Positions 11,113-24,683 of a stretch of DNA of 64,000 nt are shown here, in pieces. The translations under genes and the position numbers were made by a program. The stretch covers positions 1 to 64,000 of the forward strand of contig JYFJ02001553.1 of NCBI GenBank assembly GCA_000934665.2, written 5' to 3'. Position 1 is the stretch's first letter; each line of letters begins with the position of its first letter. The notes below the pieces were generated by a model. That model was not told the origin of the DNA. It worked only from the letters and a program-made list of their open reading frames with translations, and made no database searches. The DNA is from Catajapyx aquilonaris (taxonomy: Eukaryota).

Positions 11113-14100
11113 TCAGTTCGCATCGTCTGTTCCTTTCCGTTCGAGCGCAATTTCCTTTCCGGCCAAGAAATCCGTCGTATAATTCTTGACGCCTATGAAC
11201 TGTCCCATCCGCATTATCGCATCGCTCGTGGCTTCGAACAACACGCCGTCGTCCTCAAGCGCAATTGAATCCACGGGGACGACTTCGATCTGAGGCGTCT
11301 TGGAGAACAAGCTGGGGTTCCCTTTCCGCACGACCTTGTACGCTCGGACACATCCGAGCTCCATAAGGATCTCGATCAACTCGGATGTTTGGAACGGCTG
11401 GAGCGCTGGAGTGAATCGCTCCGCAGCCGAGTTCAGACGTGTGCCTGGAAGTTCCATCAGGTAACAGAGGACGGAGCCCAGAAGACGGTCCAACACACGT
11501 CGGTTTAATGTGCCGTCGATTCGTATCCACGGACGTATCGGGACGTCAATCTGCGTCAGAAAAATAATGCGGATTAGTCTCATCTCGAAAAAAATCGGGA
11601 CGCAATTCAAAATGACCTTACCTGTTCCGACTGCTTCCAATCCGCATTTTCAAGATCACGGGTCATCTCCTTAGGGACAGTCTTTGCCTTTTTAGATCTG
11701 AAGCGACGATCGACTGTCACGACTTCTCTGGGCCGCTTCATACCATGGGCAGCCGTTTGCTCAACATCCGCATCCTCCTCTTCGTGTATCACTTCTGAAG
11801 ATGTCGAGGGTACTTCCTCAGCTGCGTTTGATACTGACACGTCTGCAACTGGTTGGTCCGCAGCTGAGTTTCCTTGCTGCGTCGTTTCGTCATCAACTTG
11901 GACGCGATACAACGAATTCTCAGGTATGACAGTCAAGTTTTCCCGCTGTAGTCGCAGAAGCTTGTAAGACGATATGACCCACGGCTTCAGATGCGGATGG
12001 GCCACATATCGAAACCTTACGATTCCAACTCGGTTTATGACTCGGCTGCTTATCAGGAATTGTACGCATTCTAGCGAGACCATGTCGGTGTTTAAACCGG
12101 AGCAAAACGCCACGACTTCCGGTCCTGTTGCGCCAAACTCTCGCTTCGACTTGATCCAACCCAGCAAATCCGCCAATGCTATTGTCTGCTGTTCGGTATG
12201 TCCAGCGTCTCGTGACATTTGCAGGAACGTACTCTGAGACGGCCGGTCGCTAAGGGTCGTCGACAGTCTGTTGATGATCGACTGAACCTTAGTCGAATCC
12301 AATATAAACGAGTGATTCGGATCCGACACCAAAGTGCATGAAACTTCGCAGGAATTGACCATGAAGAAGTCGTGAGCATGTTGGGTCGTATCGGACGGAG
12401 TGTCCCGCATCTCCTCACGCATCATGTACAATGCGATCCTGCAAAATTTAGGACGGTCCAATTGTCATCAAATTTAATCCCAAACTATTTAAAACATTAC
12501 CTTGATGCGGCCCTCGCAACGAGGCTATTCTGGCTCTGATCATCACCTGATGTGGATGCGCCTTTACTGATATCCTCCTGAAAGATTATTCCTTCGGCAG
12601 GCTTTTGCGTTTTGATCATCACTTGTACGCTAGATTGCACTGAAAATTAAATGCGGTTACAGTACGAACGAGACAGGATAATGCAACACATACTCATTGC
12701 GAGTTTCGCCTTCTTCGCTTCATGCGACGCTTCGTCCGCCTTCCGCTTCCTTGCCTGCGCAACTTCTGAATCCGCATCGGGACTGTCCGCACCTGTTGGC
12801 AACAACACAGATTAAGATACCAGAAAACTAAATAGGGAAATTCGGCTCACCTTCTTTGAACACAGCGCTTGTGGTCGGAACGCCTCGTCCTCCTTGCGCA
12901 TTGGTCAGTATATCCTTATACCGCTGAAGTATCCGAACGTACGGCTCGTCCACATCCGCAACCTTCGGATCCAACACGATAATCTGCCCCGGAACCTCCA
13001 CGTGAAATTGCACCCTATTCGCAGCCATCATCTCGACAACAACAGCGACCCAACCGCCCTCGGATCCAACCACAACATCGCAAGTTCCTTCAGTCAGCAG
13101 CCGTTGCATCATATGAAAAGCTGTTGAGAACGTACCGTACTGGAAACGGTTTTGCATCAGATGCAAGTATCGGATGGACAATTGAAACGGACTGGAGTTG
13201 AGCGGAAGGTAGCTTCCTTGTCGGAACTGGGAGCGAAGATACGCCTTTTTAAGCGACACCATCTGGTCGTTTCGCATTCGGGTTATGACCGAACGTAGCA
13301 GCGCATCGGGGTACTGCTGGTATATCTTGTACAGTTGGTACGCACGGGATGTCTTATCCTGTAGGCTACACAATGAGCTGTACGCTAGCGATGTAATCAC
13401 TCCGTACTGTATATCCAGCGTGGTCTTCGGCTCCTGGAAAAGCCTGCGTTTACTCATCGCTTTCGGTGGAGCCACAATCGTAAACTTCTGGTACACCTCG
13501 TCGACAGTATCCGGCAACTCAAGATCCTCCGTGTCCTTCTGGAACGTAAACTTCTCACGGAGATACTCAACAAGCTCAACATACACCTTATTCATTTCCG
13601 CTACTCGCTCGTCCAAACCCAGCTCCGATTCTTTAATCTCGTCCACCTTCGATCCGAACCTCTCCTGTACGACCAGGTCCTGCTTAACTTCTTCGACAAA
13701 CAACGAGACGTTATTCAGCGTCGTCTGGTTCTTCATCATGTACACAAGCCGACGCTGGCATGCCCGCGACGTCTTATTCTTCGACTCTGGAACATTCCGA
13801 TGCAGAATGTCCCGTACGACTGAGCAGTTTGCAATGCGTGAGTGCTTCTGCGGGACTAGGTACATCGATGCAACTTTGCATACCAGTAAAGTCGTGTCCT
13901 CTGTTGACGACCAGTCCACTCGTAGCTTGCTCATCATACCCAAAGCCGCACGATCAGTGTCGTCGTAGTACGGCTTACGTTGCGTCGTCTTACGAGGCTT
14001 AAACACCCGATGGTACACCCGCTGCGATGTCTGGCGTCTACGAGGCATCACCACTTTCTCCGGTACGTCAACCAGCTTCCGACGCATTCCTTTAGTCGTC

Positions 14101-17100
14101 CTTTTGACGTTCGGTTGCATCGTTACTGGCACTGAAACCGTTTGATTGTTCGCCGCCTTGTACTTTGCCCATCGCACAACTTTGGCCTCTTTAGTCTTTG
14201 CCACTTTAGCCTTCTCTTCTGTTGATTGCTGTCGAGGCGCTTGCCACGACCAGTTCCGCTTGAGGTGCACGAAAAATGCGGAGTCGAGTCCCGCAGCCCC
14301 ACGGTTATCGCCTGGTATCTCGCCCGTATCGTGTTCGTACGGTTCATCCGGTTTCCTCGGTCGCATCGAACCTTCCATCTCCGGTTTCGGCATAAACTCA
14401 AGCGTCACTTTCTTGCCTTTCGATGAATTACGGCAGCCGAGCGGCGTGTGCATCGCCATGTTCCATAGGTCGTACCAGTATGTCTCGACATCATGGATTG
14501 TGTTGAAGTTGTAGTCCATCTTCGGATATTCCTTTTCAGATGTTTGGTGGTAACCAGGTGCGGATGACGTCGTGTCGAGCAGGGCCGCTTTACGGTTGAG
14601 GAACAGAAATATTTGGTCCTTTTCCTTCTGCTTCTGCGGACCAAACTGGACCAGCCCAGCGTAACACAGCAGCGTCGTTGCTTCATGTACGTGGTACATG
14701 TACCGGCGTTCAGCAAGTAAGCAGTTGCGGACTTCCAACGGCAAGTTGCGGACCAAATAGTGGCGACGTACCGGATGCAGTATGTACTCGTTAAGCTTCG
14801 GAATGCGGTACGTCACATGTACAACCTTCAGAAACATGCTTAACGGCAGCCGAAGAAGGACATCGCACATCAAGCACCATCCGTTGGGCCATCCGTTATG
14901 AACAGGCAGCGGAAGAACAAACATCTTCCAGGACACTTCGGGCACATAAACGCGTGACATCTCCTGCCGTACATCTTCAGTCAAATCGAATCCGGCCGCC
15001 TCGATCGTGGTAATCGCCTCGTATTGATCCAACTCCGGATTTCCTTCAAACCCATACACTAAGTAGTACAGGAACGTGTGCATCTCCCGCATCCGCATGA
15101 ACTTAGGGACGTACCCATACTCCCGACCCGCGGCCTTGCTTTGAACCATCGTCTTAATCAACTTGGCAACCGGATCCATATCTTTAATCTCCCTTACGCT
15201 CTCCCCGACCGTTGGAGTCCCAAACGGATTCTCCTTCTCTGCATCCTTCGCCTTCTCTTCCGCCTTAAATTTAGCCTGCATTTTCCGCATCAGCTCCGTC
15301 CCCACCACGAAGAACTTGATCTTCGCCTGTTCGATCACCGATTGAATCAACGAGTGATCAGGCGTGATTGTCGGATGGCACACGAAGAACAGAGTCTTCT
15401 CCTTATCTTTGCTTTTGAGTATTGCCTTCATGTGCTTAATACTTCCGTCCACTTCTAGTTTATGCAGTAGTCGCAGTAAAGTCTTGCGGTCGATTTTGGC
15501 CGTGTAGCCTTCTTTCACTTCTTCCTCGCTGATTAGCTTATGAAGCTTTGCGGTGTCCGATATCACCTTGTTTTCATGTACGGCTTGGATAATTAGGTTG
15601 GCACGACGAATTAAACGTGTGGACGGACCGGAGCATTTTCCAGATGGAGACAGCTCCTGAAGGAAGCTCATATTGCCGTACTTCACGTCAGCCTCGTCCT
15701 TCAGTTTAATTTCCATCACCTGAACGTCGATCACAATGTTTGATATTGCATCGGATGGCCCAGCATCGGCAGTACTGTCATCCGCATTCAAAGTGACCTC
15801 AGTTGAATCAAAACAGCTGTCGACGGTCACAGTTTCAAACAAGCCCGGCTGTTGCGCCGTCTCCGGAATTTCATTTGGAGCGGCTTGGCCAGATCCGTCC
15901 GCTTCACATGAACCGATAAGTTCCCGCAGCCGATCCGTCTCCATTTTGAGCTCGACCGTTAGTTTGCTCTGAGTTTCATACTTCCTGGAGACATACCGAC
16001 AGACACGCTGCCTTCCCTCATCCTGAGTGTATGTCGTGGCCATCCCTTTCCGAACTAGGTTACGGCAAAGTAGACGTGAATCTAGTTTGGATTGGCCCAT
16101 TAGACGTCCAAGTTCGGCTTGGCTGCAACCTTGCGGACCAACCTTTTCCAGAAGGTAATACGCATGCTGGAGAAGCTGTCGGTTCATCACCATATTGCTC
16201 TGGTCCAAGTAGCCTTTATCCGCAGGGTCCTCGTCATACTCCGGATCGTCTTTGGCGGCCAGAGCTTCATGAACATCAACTTCTGGATCGATCAGCTTCA
16301 TCACCCGAATGAGCCTCTCCTTATTCGAACCCTTCTGCTTCCACTCGTCTTTAGTCGCATTTTGGTACAGCATACGATACGGCATTCTCACATCGGTCGA
16401 AACATACTTCTGAAACTCCGGCCCCTGCAAATCAAATGTTCAAATTAAGTCATCAGTTAATCTGCAACAAAATCCCAAACAAACCTGTATGCTCTTCTTG
16501 ATGTTCGTGCTCATCCCGAGAGCCTGTCGCACCTCCTCGTATTCGGCGGCGTAATGCGGCGGCTTCTTGCTGAGATACGCCACAACTTGCTCCAGGAATA
16601 TCCTAGCTTTTGACCGCCTCTCGACGTAAAATCGGGTCAGATGCAGCAGAGTCCCACAGGATGTGTTGGTCTGAGTCGACTTACGGACGTTGTACGCCTG
16701 TTTTGTAATCAGCTTTTGACGTATCAGGACTTTGCGGTAGTAGTGAAGAGTCTTGGAGTCCTCGCCTAGAACCTGAGCAGTATGTTAGTTGAACTGTGTC
16801 GCGGCAAATTACAACCGGTCCAACCTGCAAGCTCTGCTTTCCTTGCGTGACTTCCCCCAAATGCCTGGCTCTTCCGATCCTCTCCAACATGCAGTACTGG
16901 ACTATGGTCAGCTCAAGCGACGGATCGCACTGGTTGCCTATCAGAGCCATGGTCCGCACCTCCTGGTCCGCCACGATGACAAGCCGTGACCCCCAACGCT
17001 CCTCCGCATCCCCCAGTCCCATCCCCCTAGCTTCATCCGTCACATCCTTCCGCACGTGATAACCACCGCATGACCCTTGAACCCCCCCGTCTTTTATGGG

Positions 17101-17495
17101 CACATGTTGGTATATGTCGCTCGGTACCAGCTCCTCCGTCTCGACGACCTGGCCTGACTCCGAGTCGTAGTGGTCAAACCGGTTGTACAGGACCAGCTCC
17201 GGGCGTGGACTGGGCAGCTCGTAGAAGCAAACGTTTGGCGGCATCTGCCCAATGCAGCTCCATATGAACGGCTTGGACTTGGCATCGATCTTGAACGCAA
17301 AGAAGGGTCGTCCGGCCAGACGCACCCACAGAGCCTGGAAAATAAAAATTGTACCGATGCAAAATATTTCACTGGTTAAATTCCTCCAGTTGCTGGAACC
17401 CAGTTCACCTGGAGCGTGATGCCATCCAGTCCTTCCAGAGCAATCTCGTCCAGTATTCCAGCCGCAAAGTTCACATCCGGACCCTCACCTTTCAT
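11113..17495 (-). CDS. GTF3C1: General transcription factor IIIC subunit 1 (B-box-binding subunit), ~1980 aa
   Basis: N-terminal ILDEIALEGLDGIT, LERIGRARHLGEVTQ and C-terminal RPWIRIDG motifs. Exons 17495-17409, 17334-16825, 16772-16485, 16424-12851, 12792-12694, 12639-12501, 12438-11622, 11550-11113 join in frame with GT-AG introns. Confidence 0.93.
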
Positions 17496-17639
17496 CCTCT
17501 CAACTGCTCCTCTTGAGAAATATAATTATGGTCAGTGTCACCTCTTTATGCCTCAACATTTCCTGCGTACTTACCCACCACCACGTGCATTAATTAGTTC
17601 GCTAATTAATTAAAAATCAATCTGAAGCTAAATCTTCAT

Positions 17640-17720
17640 AACGTGAAGAGACGCCATCTTTGTTCAGGGTAACATGTGTCGATACCATCGTTTGTTCAGG
17701 GTAACATGTATTCAGGCGGG
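17640..17720 (-). promoter_or_regulatory. Probable GTF3C1 promoter
   Basis: YY1-type CGCCATCTT at 17652 and a duplicated 19-mer TTTGTTCAGGGTAACATGT (17659, 17691) just upstream of the gene. Confidence 0.45.
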
Positions 17721-18305
17721 ATTTGTGAATTTATTTTAATTATTATATTATTTTTATGCAGGAAAAAGGGCAATTATAAATATTCAAATAAATTTCCTAA
17801 ATGTGGGCATAGAACAAGGGCAAAGGTTATTTATTATTTTTTTATTTGAATTCATTCGGTACAGTGTCACATGTGCTGTGTAATGCAGCTTCTCGTTACT
17901 CATAACAAAATATGAGGAACAGTGCGTACATGACATGATAACAAACCGTGGTCATATACCCAAACTATTTAAAAGCTAGACAAATTTATTGTGTATAATT
18001 AAAAAGTAACATAATTGCAAACCAAGCCAATGAAGCCCAACGACTTCATTTTTTGCTTAATGTTGCAACGGGTTGTGCGCATGGCGATTTGATCATATTT
18101 TAAGTGCAAATTGTTCATAAAAATAATATTAGACACCAAAAAAAGTAAAACTGTCAGCAATATCCCAATCTCTGCAAAATATTAGCTTGAAAATAGTGCT
18201 GTTGGGAACAGATGTATTCAGCACATTTTTAGCAATGTCAATATAGCTGTAAATTTTGATTTTCTATGCAAATTGCTGTTTGCATGGTTAGATCTGATGT
18301 CTTCA

Positions 18306-19734
18306 CTAATTCATGTTAAAGATCCAGCGTATGAACTTCATGACAGGATCCCCTGAATCCCAACCGTACAAGTACTTCCAGGTGAAGTCGACCACCGCGT
18401 AGAGCACGAAGAGAGCCATCACCTTCCGGCCGAACCGGTCATGCAGCAGCAAATACTGGAGTCCCTGTAAATATATTTATTCATGTATGCACAGCTGGCT
18501 TATTAGGTACATTTATTATTTATGTACATTATAATGCGTATGAATTAAGTAATTTTGGTATGAATGTGCATGAATTATATGGGTAGGAATGCATATGAAT
18601 TATAATTCATTCACTCATACACAAATAATTATTGATACACTTTCATACACAAATAATTTCATACACATGCACACAAATAATAATAATAATCAATAAAAAA
18701 TAAAAATATTAATTGTAATTCATATACATTCATACACAAAGAATTACTTGTGTCTGAAAATGTATTAATAATTTGTGTATGAATCATTTGTATATGAATG
18801 TGTATGAGTGGGTAATTCATGTAATAATGTAATGTAATAATCCATGCACATTTTATCCGCAAATAATTCTTGTGCATACACAAATAGTTCATACACATAC
18901 ATTAATTAATGTAGGTATACCGGTACATTAATAAATGTCCATAAGCCAGTGAATGAATAAATATGAATGATTTATGTATGAAGTACCTATGCTTACATTG
19001 TCATCCGGTGGAGTGAACACAAAGCGATGGCAGCCTCTGGCGTGTGCTTCGTCATCTGCAGTCACTCCCGCATCGTCTCGGATCCCAGACTGAGCCCCTT
19101 TCACCACCAGATATCTTGCGGTATGCACAAACCCATTTCTGAGGGCCTCGTGCAACGGGGTCCTTCCGTCAGATCCCGTTGAATCCACGTCCGCTCCATT
19201 CTCCAGATAGAACTTGACCACATCAATGTGGTCTGCCCTGGATGCAACATGAAGCGCCTGCTCTCCTTTCAAGCATCTAGTGTGCACGGACGCACCTCCT
19301 TCGACCAGTGCCTTACATGTGGGCAGGTCGCCTTTAAGCGATGCCACATGGATGGGGACATGCCCAAATTTATCCTCAAGCTCGGTAAGTGCTCCAGCGT
19401 GCAGGAGACACTCGCATATCCCGGCATGACCCTGCGATGCGGCCATGTACAGCGGGGTCTTCCCTAGTGAGTCCCTGCGATTAACAGGCCAACCCTGATC
19501 CACCAGGAACTGTACGACCTCGTCCTTTCCCATCAAAGCGGCCAGGTGAAGTCCGCTCCGCTTCCATCCGTCAGTCATACCCATCAGTTGATTCATATCG
19601 GTGCTGTACTCCACCGCAGTCTGGATCCGCTCTAGGTCTCCATACTCGCAGTACTGCAGGAACATCATTGAGTAGACCTACAAAGAGAGGCACGTAAGTA
19701 TGTGCAATGGACTGAACGGTCCGCTTATTACCAT
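18306..19734 (-). CDS. Ankyrin-repeat protein (~6 repeats) with a C-terminal hydrophobic segment, ~280 aa
   Basis: Exons 19734-19732 (ATG only), 19677-18997, 18464-18306. G.TPL/LH.A ankyrin motifs. Last exon GLQYLLLHDRFGRKVMALFVLYAVVDFTWKYLYGW...MN* is absent from the ORF track. Confidence 0.85.
18470..18965. repeat. AT-rich degenerate inverted-repeat element filling ankyrin intron 2
   Basis: ATTTATTCA..CTGGCTTAT..ACATTTATT at the left end mirrors AATAAATGT..ATAAGCCAG..TGAATAAAT at the right end; internal CATACAC/GTGTATG repeats. Confidence 0.5.
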
Positions 19735-20204
19735 CTTCGGTTGATTCCAATCTGGACGTTCAACTGGATTTAACTGGAATTATATATTTACACTTCCATT
19801 GAATTATTTTGTACTGGCACGTACCACATTATTTTATACAAGTACTGCTTGGTACACAGTTAACACTTTTTGGCTCACCGTAGTACGTGGCAGCTTGTTG
19901 CTACGGGGTGTGGCAATGTCTGGTACAGGCACGAACAATTTGATTTCTGTCCTTATCTCTGTGAGGAGTCGGCTTACAATACCCATTCCAAGAAGGAGTC
20001 GGATTGCACTACCCTCCTGCAAACTTCTGGTGTTGGAAACATGGAACATTTCTCATTACACTCATCTATTGTCCAACGCATGACAAACAAGCATAATATT
20101 TTCCATCACACTGAAGCCGTTGCACTGAAAGAATCAAAATGTCGTCATCGTCGTGAGGAAAAGTGCACTTTTTCTTTCATTTACTGTGCCAAGGTAAGTG
20201 ACAG

Positions 20205-20490
20205 GTAGTAAGTGCATCATGCTAAAGTGCTATTTAGTAAGTACTACATTATAGTAAGTGCATTGTACTAAAGTGCTATTAGTAAGTGCATCGTACTAAA
20301 GTGCTATTAGTAAGTGCATGGTACTAAAGTGCTATTAGTGAATGCATTGTACTAAAGTGCTATTAGTAAATGCATGGTACTAATTAAAGTGGTATTAGTA
20401 AGTGCATGGTACTAAAGTGCTATTAGTAAATGCATTGTACTAAAGTGCTATTTGTAAGTGCATTGTACTAAAGTGCTATTAGTAAGTAGC
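20205..20490. repeat. ~28-bp minisatellite
   Basis: About 9 copies of TAGTAAGTGCATTGTACTAAAGTGCTAT. Confidence 0.9.
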
Positions 20491-20989
20491 CTACTACATT
20501 AGTATAAGTGCTACTACTCAGTTGTACTAGTAAGTATTTGGCAAGATTAGTAGCCTACTGTAGTATCGAGAACTAATAATAATACTCTTGGTACCGCCGG
20601 TAGGTAGTACCAAGATTTAGCTCTTGGTAGGTAGTACCAGCTAGTATAGTGCCAATCATGCCATACTATAGTAAAAGTACACTATTACTAAGCAAGAGCT
20701 AATAATGGCTCATGGTAGTAGCAACCATGATACTAGTAAGTGTAGGTAGAATACTACTCCTCTACAAGATCAGTAATTATTACAGGTTAGAATTTTCGTC
20801 CCACTGCTATAGTTACTGCTAACTTAGCAGTATGCAGTACCATTGCCACCACTGGAACTGCAAATAAGCTAGAAGTAGGTCGAAATTAGTGGTAGGTAAC
20901 CTTTGGACTGAAGAGTGTAGGGCACAATAAGGGTAGCAATAACATTTATTTTTATTTTCATACCCCGGTAAGGGGGCCTGGTAGCAATA

Positions 20990-21099
20990 ACCCAGGTAGC
21001 ACACTCCGTCGGCCCGACCTCACCCGAAATCGGGGCGGTGAATGTGACGTCGGCCCGATTTTGGGGTGAGCTCGGGCCGACGAACTGTGCTACCTGGGT
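20990..21099. mobile_element. 110-bp palindromic MITE-like element next to the U2 3' flank
   Basis: ACCCAGGTAGCACA..CGTCGGCCCGA.CTCACCC..AATCGGG / CCCGATT..GGGTGAG.TCGGGCCGACG..TGTGCTACCTGGGT. Confidence 0.75.
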
Positions 21100-21193
21100 A
21101 ACATGACTACAGCAACAGCAGGCATATGTGAGGAAGAGGAATGCTTATTGTCTTTTGATTTGTATTGTTTCCTCTCCCTCCTGGGAAGGAGAG

Positions 21194-21384
21194 GTGGGTC
21201 GGCCCATGGCGGTACTGCAATGCCGGGGCCAACCCGTGGCGGGGGAGGAGCAAGCCCCTATGCACCCCGCCCCTTCGCAAAAATCAGATTAATATACTGA
21301 CCCTCATTAGAGGGACTATCAGATATTAAGCTGATAAGAACAGATACTACACTTTGATCGGAGCCATTAAGCCCGAGAAGCGAT
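21194..21384 (-). ncRNA. U2: U2 spliceosomal snRNA, full length, sequence variant
   Basis: Minus strand reads ATCGCTTCTCGG...GATCAAAGTGTAGTATCTGTTCTTATCAGCTTAATATCTGATA, with branch-point recognition sequence GTAGTA, Sm site ATTTTTG and stem-loop IV loop ATTGCAGTAC; about 191 nt. Confidence 0.95.
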
Positions 21385-21599
21385 GGCAATAGCGGTGGAC
21401 GAATGGCCACTAGCCAGCAGCGCAATCCCTACTGGGGACACGCAATGGTTGGTCTGGCAGATGATTACAATTGTTACGGGGCAGGCTGTGGCAATGTAGT
21501 CGGTTCAAACGACGGAGCAGATCGTACTGGATCGGTTGTGCATGTCGTATATTTTCATACTGGCCGGATAATTACCTCTAACTAATTGTCATTAGTTGA

Positions 21600-21752
21600 A
21601 CTGCCCGCAGCGCCATCTATCGCGCACTACAAAATACGGTATCGCTATACGTACGGTAGTCCTTCGTCTGGCAACCACTGCGCAGCTGGCAACCCGTGCG
21701 TCTGGCAACCACGCCCCAAAATGGCGGCCTCCACGAACTGATGAGAACAAAA
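21600..21752 (+). promoter_or_regulatory. Promoter and non-coding first exon of the one-finger C2H2 gene
   Basis: CTCF-like CAGCGCCATCTA (21608), three CTGGCAACC motifs (21668-21710), YY1-type AAAATGGCGG (21718), possible donor AG|GTTTCG near 21753. Confidence 0.5.
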
Positions 21753-22267
21753 GGTTTCGCTTTTAATTGTTTTCATCTCCGTTAAATTAATCTCGGATCT
21801 AATTTAAGTCAGGCTGATCATAGGCGATGCGTTACACTGCCCGACAATGCATGGGGGTCATACACAGTAATTGCATACATGACGTGACAAGTCATACCGG
21901 GTAATCAGCATCACTTTAATAGTCATACCAAGTGCACTAATTACTCGGTATGACGGCAGTAGTCACGTCATTCATGCAATTACTGGGTATGACCGTCATG
22001 CATTGTTTCAACTAGTCATACCATATTAGTGTACACCACTCGCAATTAGTCATACCGAATAATTAGTGTAAACCACGTGCACCGTTGCACATACAAATTT
22101 AATTCCAATAATCAACGCGTACTAATTAAATTTCAACAATTGATACATACGAATTTAATTACAGCAAACGGCACGTACAAACGTAATCGCAACAATCGGC
22201 ATGTACAAACCTAATCCCAACAAACGGCACGTACAGATTTAATTTCAACAATTATTGCGATTTACAG

Positions 22268-22872
22268 ATGATGGGTACACGGAGCAGGACTGCGGCACAG
22301 GCTTGCCTTCCCAATGAAGCCGCAGTTAAGGAGGAGGCTGGAACCGAGGAGAATCTGAGCCGCACCTCTGGGGACGCGGTAAACAGCGGGACGGCATTGT
22401 CCAAAAGTGACGTGGACAACATGGCGACGAAGCTGCGGACGGCGCTTCACAAGAGCGGCACGCTGGAGCCGGAGTGTAGCCTGATGGAGCTCGATAACAG
22501 CGTCCAGCCGCAATGGTTTGGTTTTGTATTAATTTGGGAATTGTTATGTACTAATTGTGATTTCTTAGCAACAAGTGTGCCACAAGCCGCATTCGCCAGA
22601 AGCCAGCCGTCCGCCATGTAACATTCCGCTGCTCGTTCTGCCCGCGCCGCTTTGCAACCCAGTGCGTCCGGAACGATCACGAGATGTCCCACCTGCCGGA
22701 GCCGGAAGAGAAGCCGGCCACACCGGACGTGCCCAAAGAGTGCGGCTGTGCCACCAGTTGCATGTGCCGAAGCCCCTTCAAGAAGGAAGGAGTGGCCAAG
22801 CTGTCCACGGTCGTTGGGTTAATATTGGGTATGAAAGCCAAAGAACTTGAAGCTCAGAAGAGTGCTGTGTAA
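22268..22872 (+). CDS. Small protein (~183 aa) with a single C2H2 zinc finger
   Basis: Exons 22268-22515 and 22569-22872 (53-nt GT-AG intron) join to give ...QPQCNKCATSRIRQKPAVRHVTFRCSFCPRRFATQCVRNDHEMSHLPEPEEKPA... Acceptor TTTACAG lies directly before the ATG. Confidence 0.75.
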
Positions 22873-23719
22873 AGTCAGGTACAATCAGATGCGACAAGTC
22901 AAGACGTCGCCTCCAAAAAATGTACGATGTATTTGTGCCATAAAAAGGATAAAGCCGCTTTTACATGAGAGCGATTCGCTCAACGATGCGAATCGCTGAG
23001 CCAGTCGCTTACATGTAAATGCAACTTAAAGTGTGATAATTGCTTATTCAGAAATGTGCGGAGGGATGCAATAGGCCATGTGGCGGCCAAGTACGTAACA
23101 AATGTACTGATAATTAGTCAAAAGAGTTTATGCAAAAAGCGTGTTCCTCATATCCTATATATGCAACATTAAGAATTTGTTCAAAGAATAATAATTAATA
23201 ATTCCAAGTTGTTTGTCACATTTTTACACTTATGTGATAAATGGTTACAAAATGATGTGTTCAATTTATCTCGTCATGTACACAACACGTGTTGGGTTTT
23301 TTTCATGTGTATAATTTGTTGGTATGCGGAAGTAAAAGTTTTCATTAAGAATTTATGTGGATTTATTCAGCGTATATTTACAATTATGTTTTTCACGTAT
23401 TATTTTCATTGTTATAGTAGCCACTCTCTGAGAAGAATACATCGTAAATTTTAATTGTTACGTACAGTACAGTACTTTTAACTGTAATATTTTATACAAA
23501 ACAATTATGATAATAATAACACCATTGTACAGACACATACAGTACGTGATTGAACGATTTTTTTTTTCTGTTGCTTTTGTGCCGCTTCGTAATGGCAGTA
23601 AAAAAGAATCCAAATATTGTATAGGGGACCAAGCATAACATGCTGACTGTGACGAAACAGCTTTGTTTGCCAAATTCAAGATGGATATACGGAGTATGGT
23701 GGCCTCACTCGCTCGATAC

Positions 23720-24683
23720 AGTAGCATGCTGAAGTGGGTCCATCCACTGGAGGTGCCACTGGTGCATCGGGGCCGATATTCCCCATGGGCGGTTGCCGAC
23801 GGATTCCCAGACCTCGCTGCAATGCTGTCGGAGCAGGTCATCCCGGCGCTCATTGCGATTATCCCACTCCCTGACCATCATACCCCAAAGGTTTTTCTAT
23901 GGGGTTGAGGTCAGGGGAGTAGGACGGCCACTTCATCGGGGAAATCTTGCTCTGGTCATCAAGGAAACCCGTCGTCAGCCTGGCCCGATGGATCCCAGTG
24001 TTGTTATGAACAAATGTGATCTGGATATCGTTCCTCTAGTTCTGGCAGGAGGTCATTCTCAAGGATATTCACATATCCCTCAGCATCCATGTGCCGAGGG
24101 GTAGATGTGAACACGAGGGCGTCATGACCCCTGATCGCCCCCCAGAATCCTGCCGTTATATGTGGCTACTGCGCCGGGCCTCCAGGATGTCCTCTTGAGG
24201 GCAGCTACAACAAAAAGAAGACCGTAACTTGTTATGCCCGACACTGACGATCATCTGATAAGTTCGAAACAAATACGACTCTCAAGTGGCCCACGAATTT
24301 CTTGCCCTTGCTACAGACCGTGTGTCATCCAGCATCCAGCAGTGTAACCTTCCCTGACAGTCAGACAGGAAGGTCTTCTCATCACTGAAGATGGTGTCTT
24401 TCCAGTACTGGACCGGACATCCAATGTTTTCTAATCGCTGTCGTTATAGGCTGAAATGTCTCGAACTGTCTCGAAGAGGGCTAGGTGCTCCTCAGAGTTG
24501 GTGACACGTGGCCGCCCAGGTTTGGCCCTCCAAGGACTTGTCCTGGTAGCGCTTAATCCATCTCTGGACGGACCTGACTGAGAGCTGTCCCCTCGATTTT
24601 TCACATATTTCGGACAGCCTCAAACCCATCTCATGGTAGGCCACGATCATGCCTCTCAACCCCTGTGCCGAATATGGTGGCAT
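23720..24683 (-). mobile_element. Degenerate Tc1/mariner transposase
   Basis: HTH MPPYSAQGLRGMIVAYHEMG...SVRSVQRWIKRY, then YWKDTIFSDEKTF, FWGAI and WPSYSPDLNPIE.NLW in shifting frames with stops. No terminal inverted repeats identified. Confidence 0.85.

Noticed and set aside
13285..13968. 227-aa plus-strand ORF and other antisense ORFs inside GTF3C1
   Set aside because: Antisense shadows of a long coding exon, with no recognisable domain.
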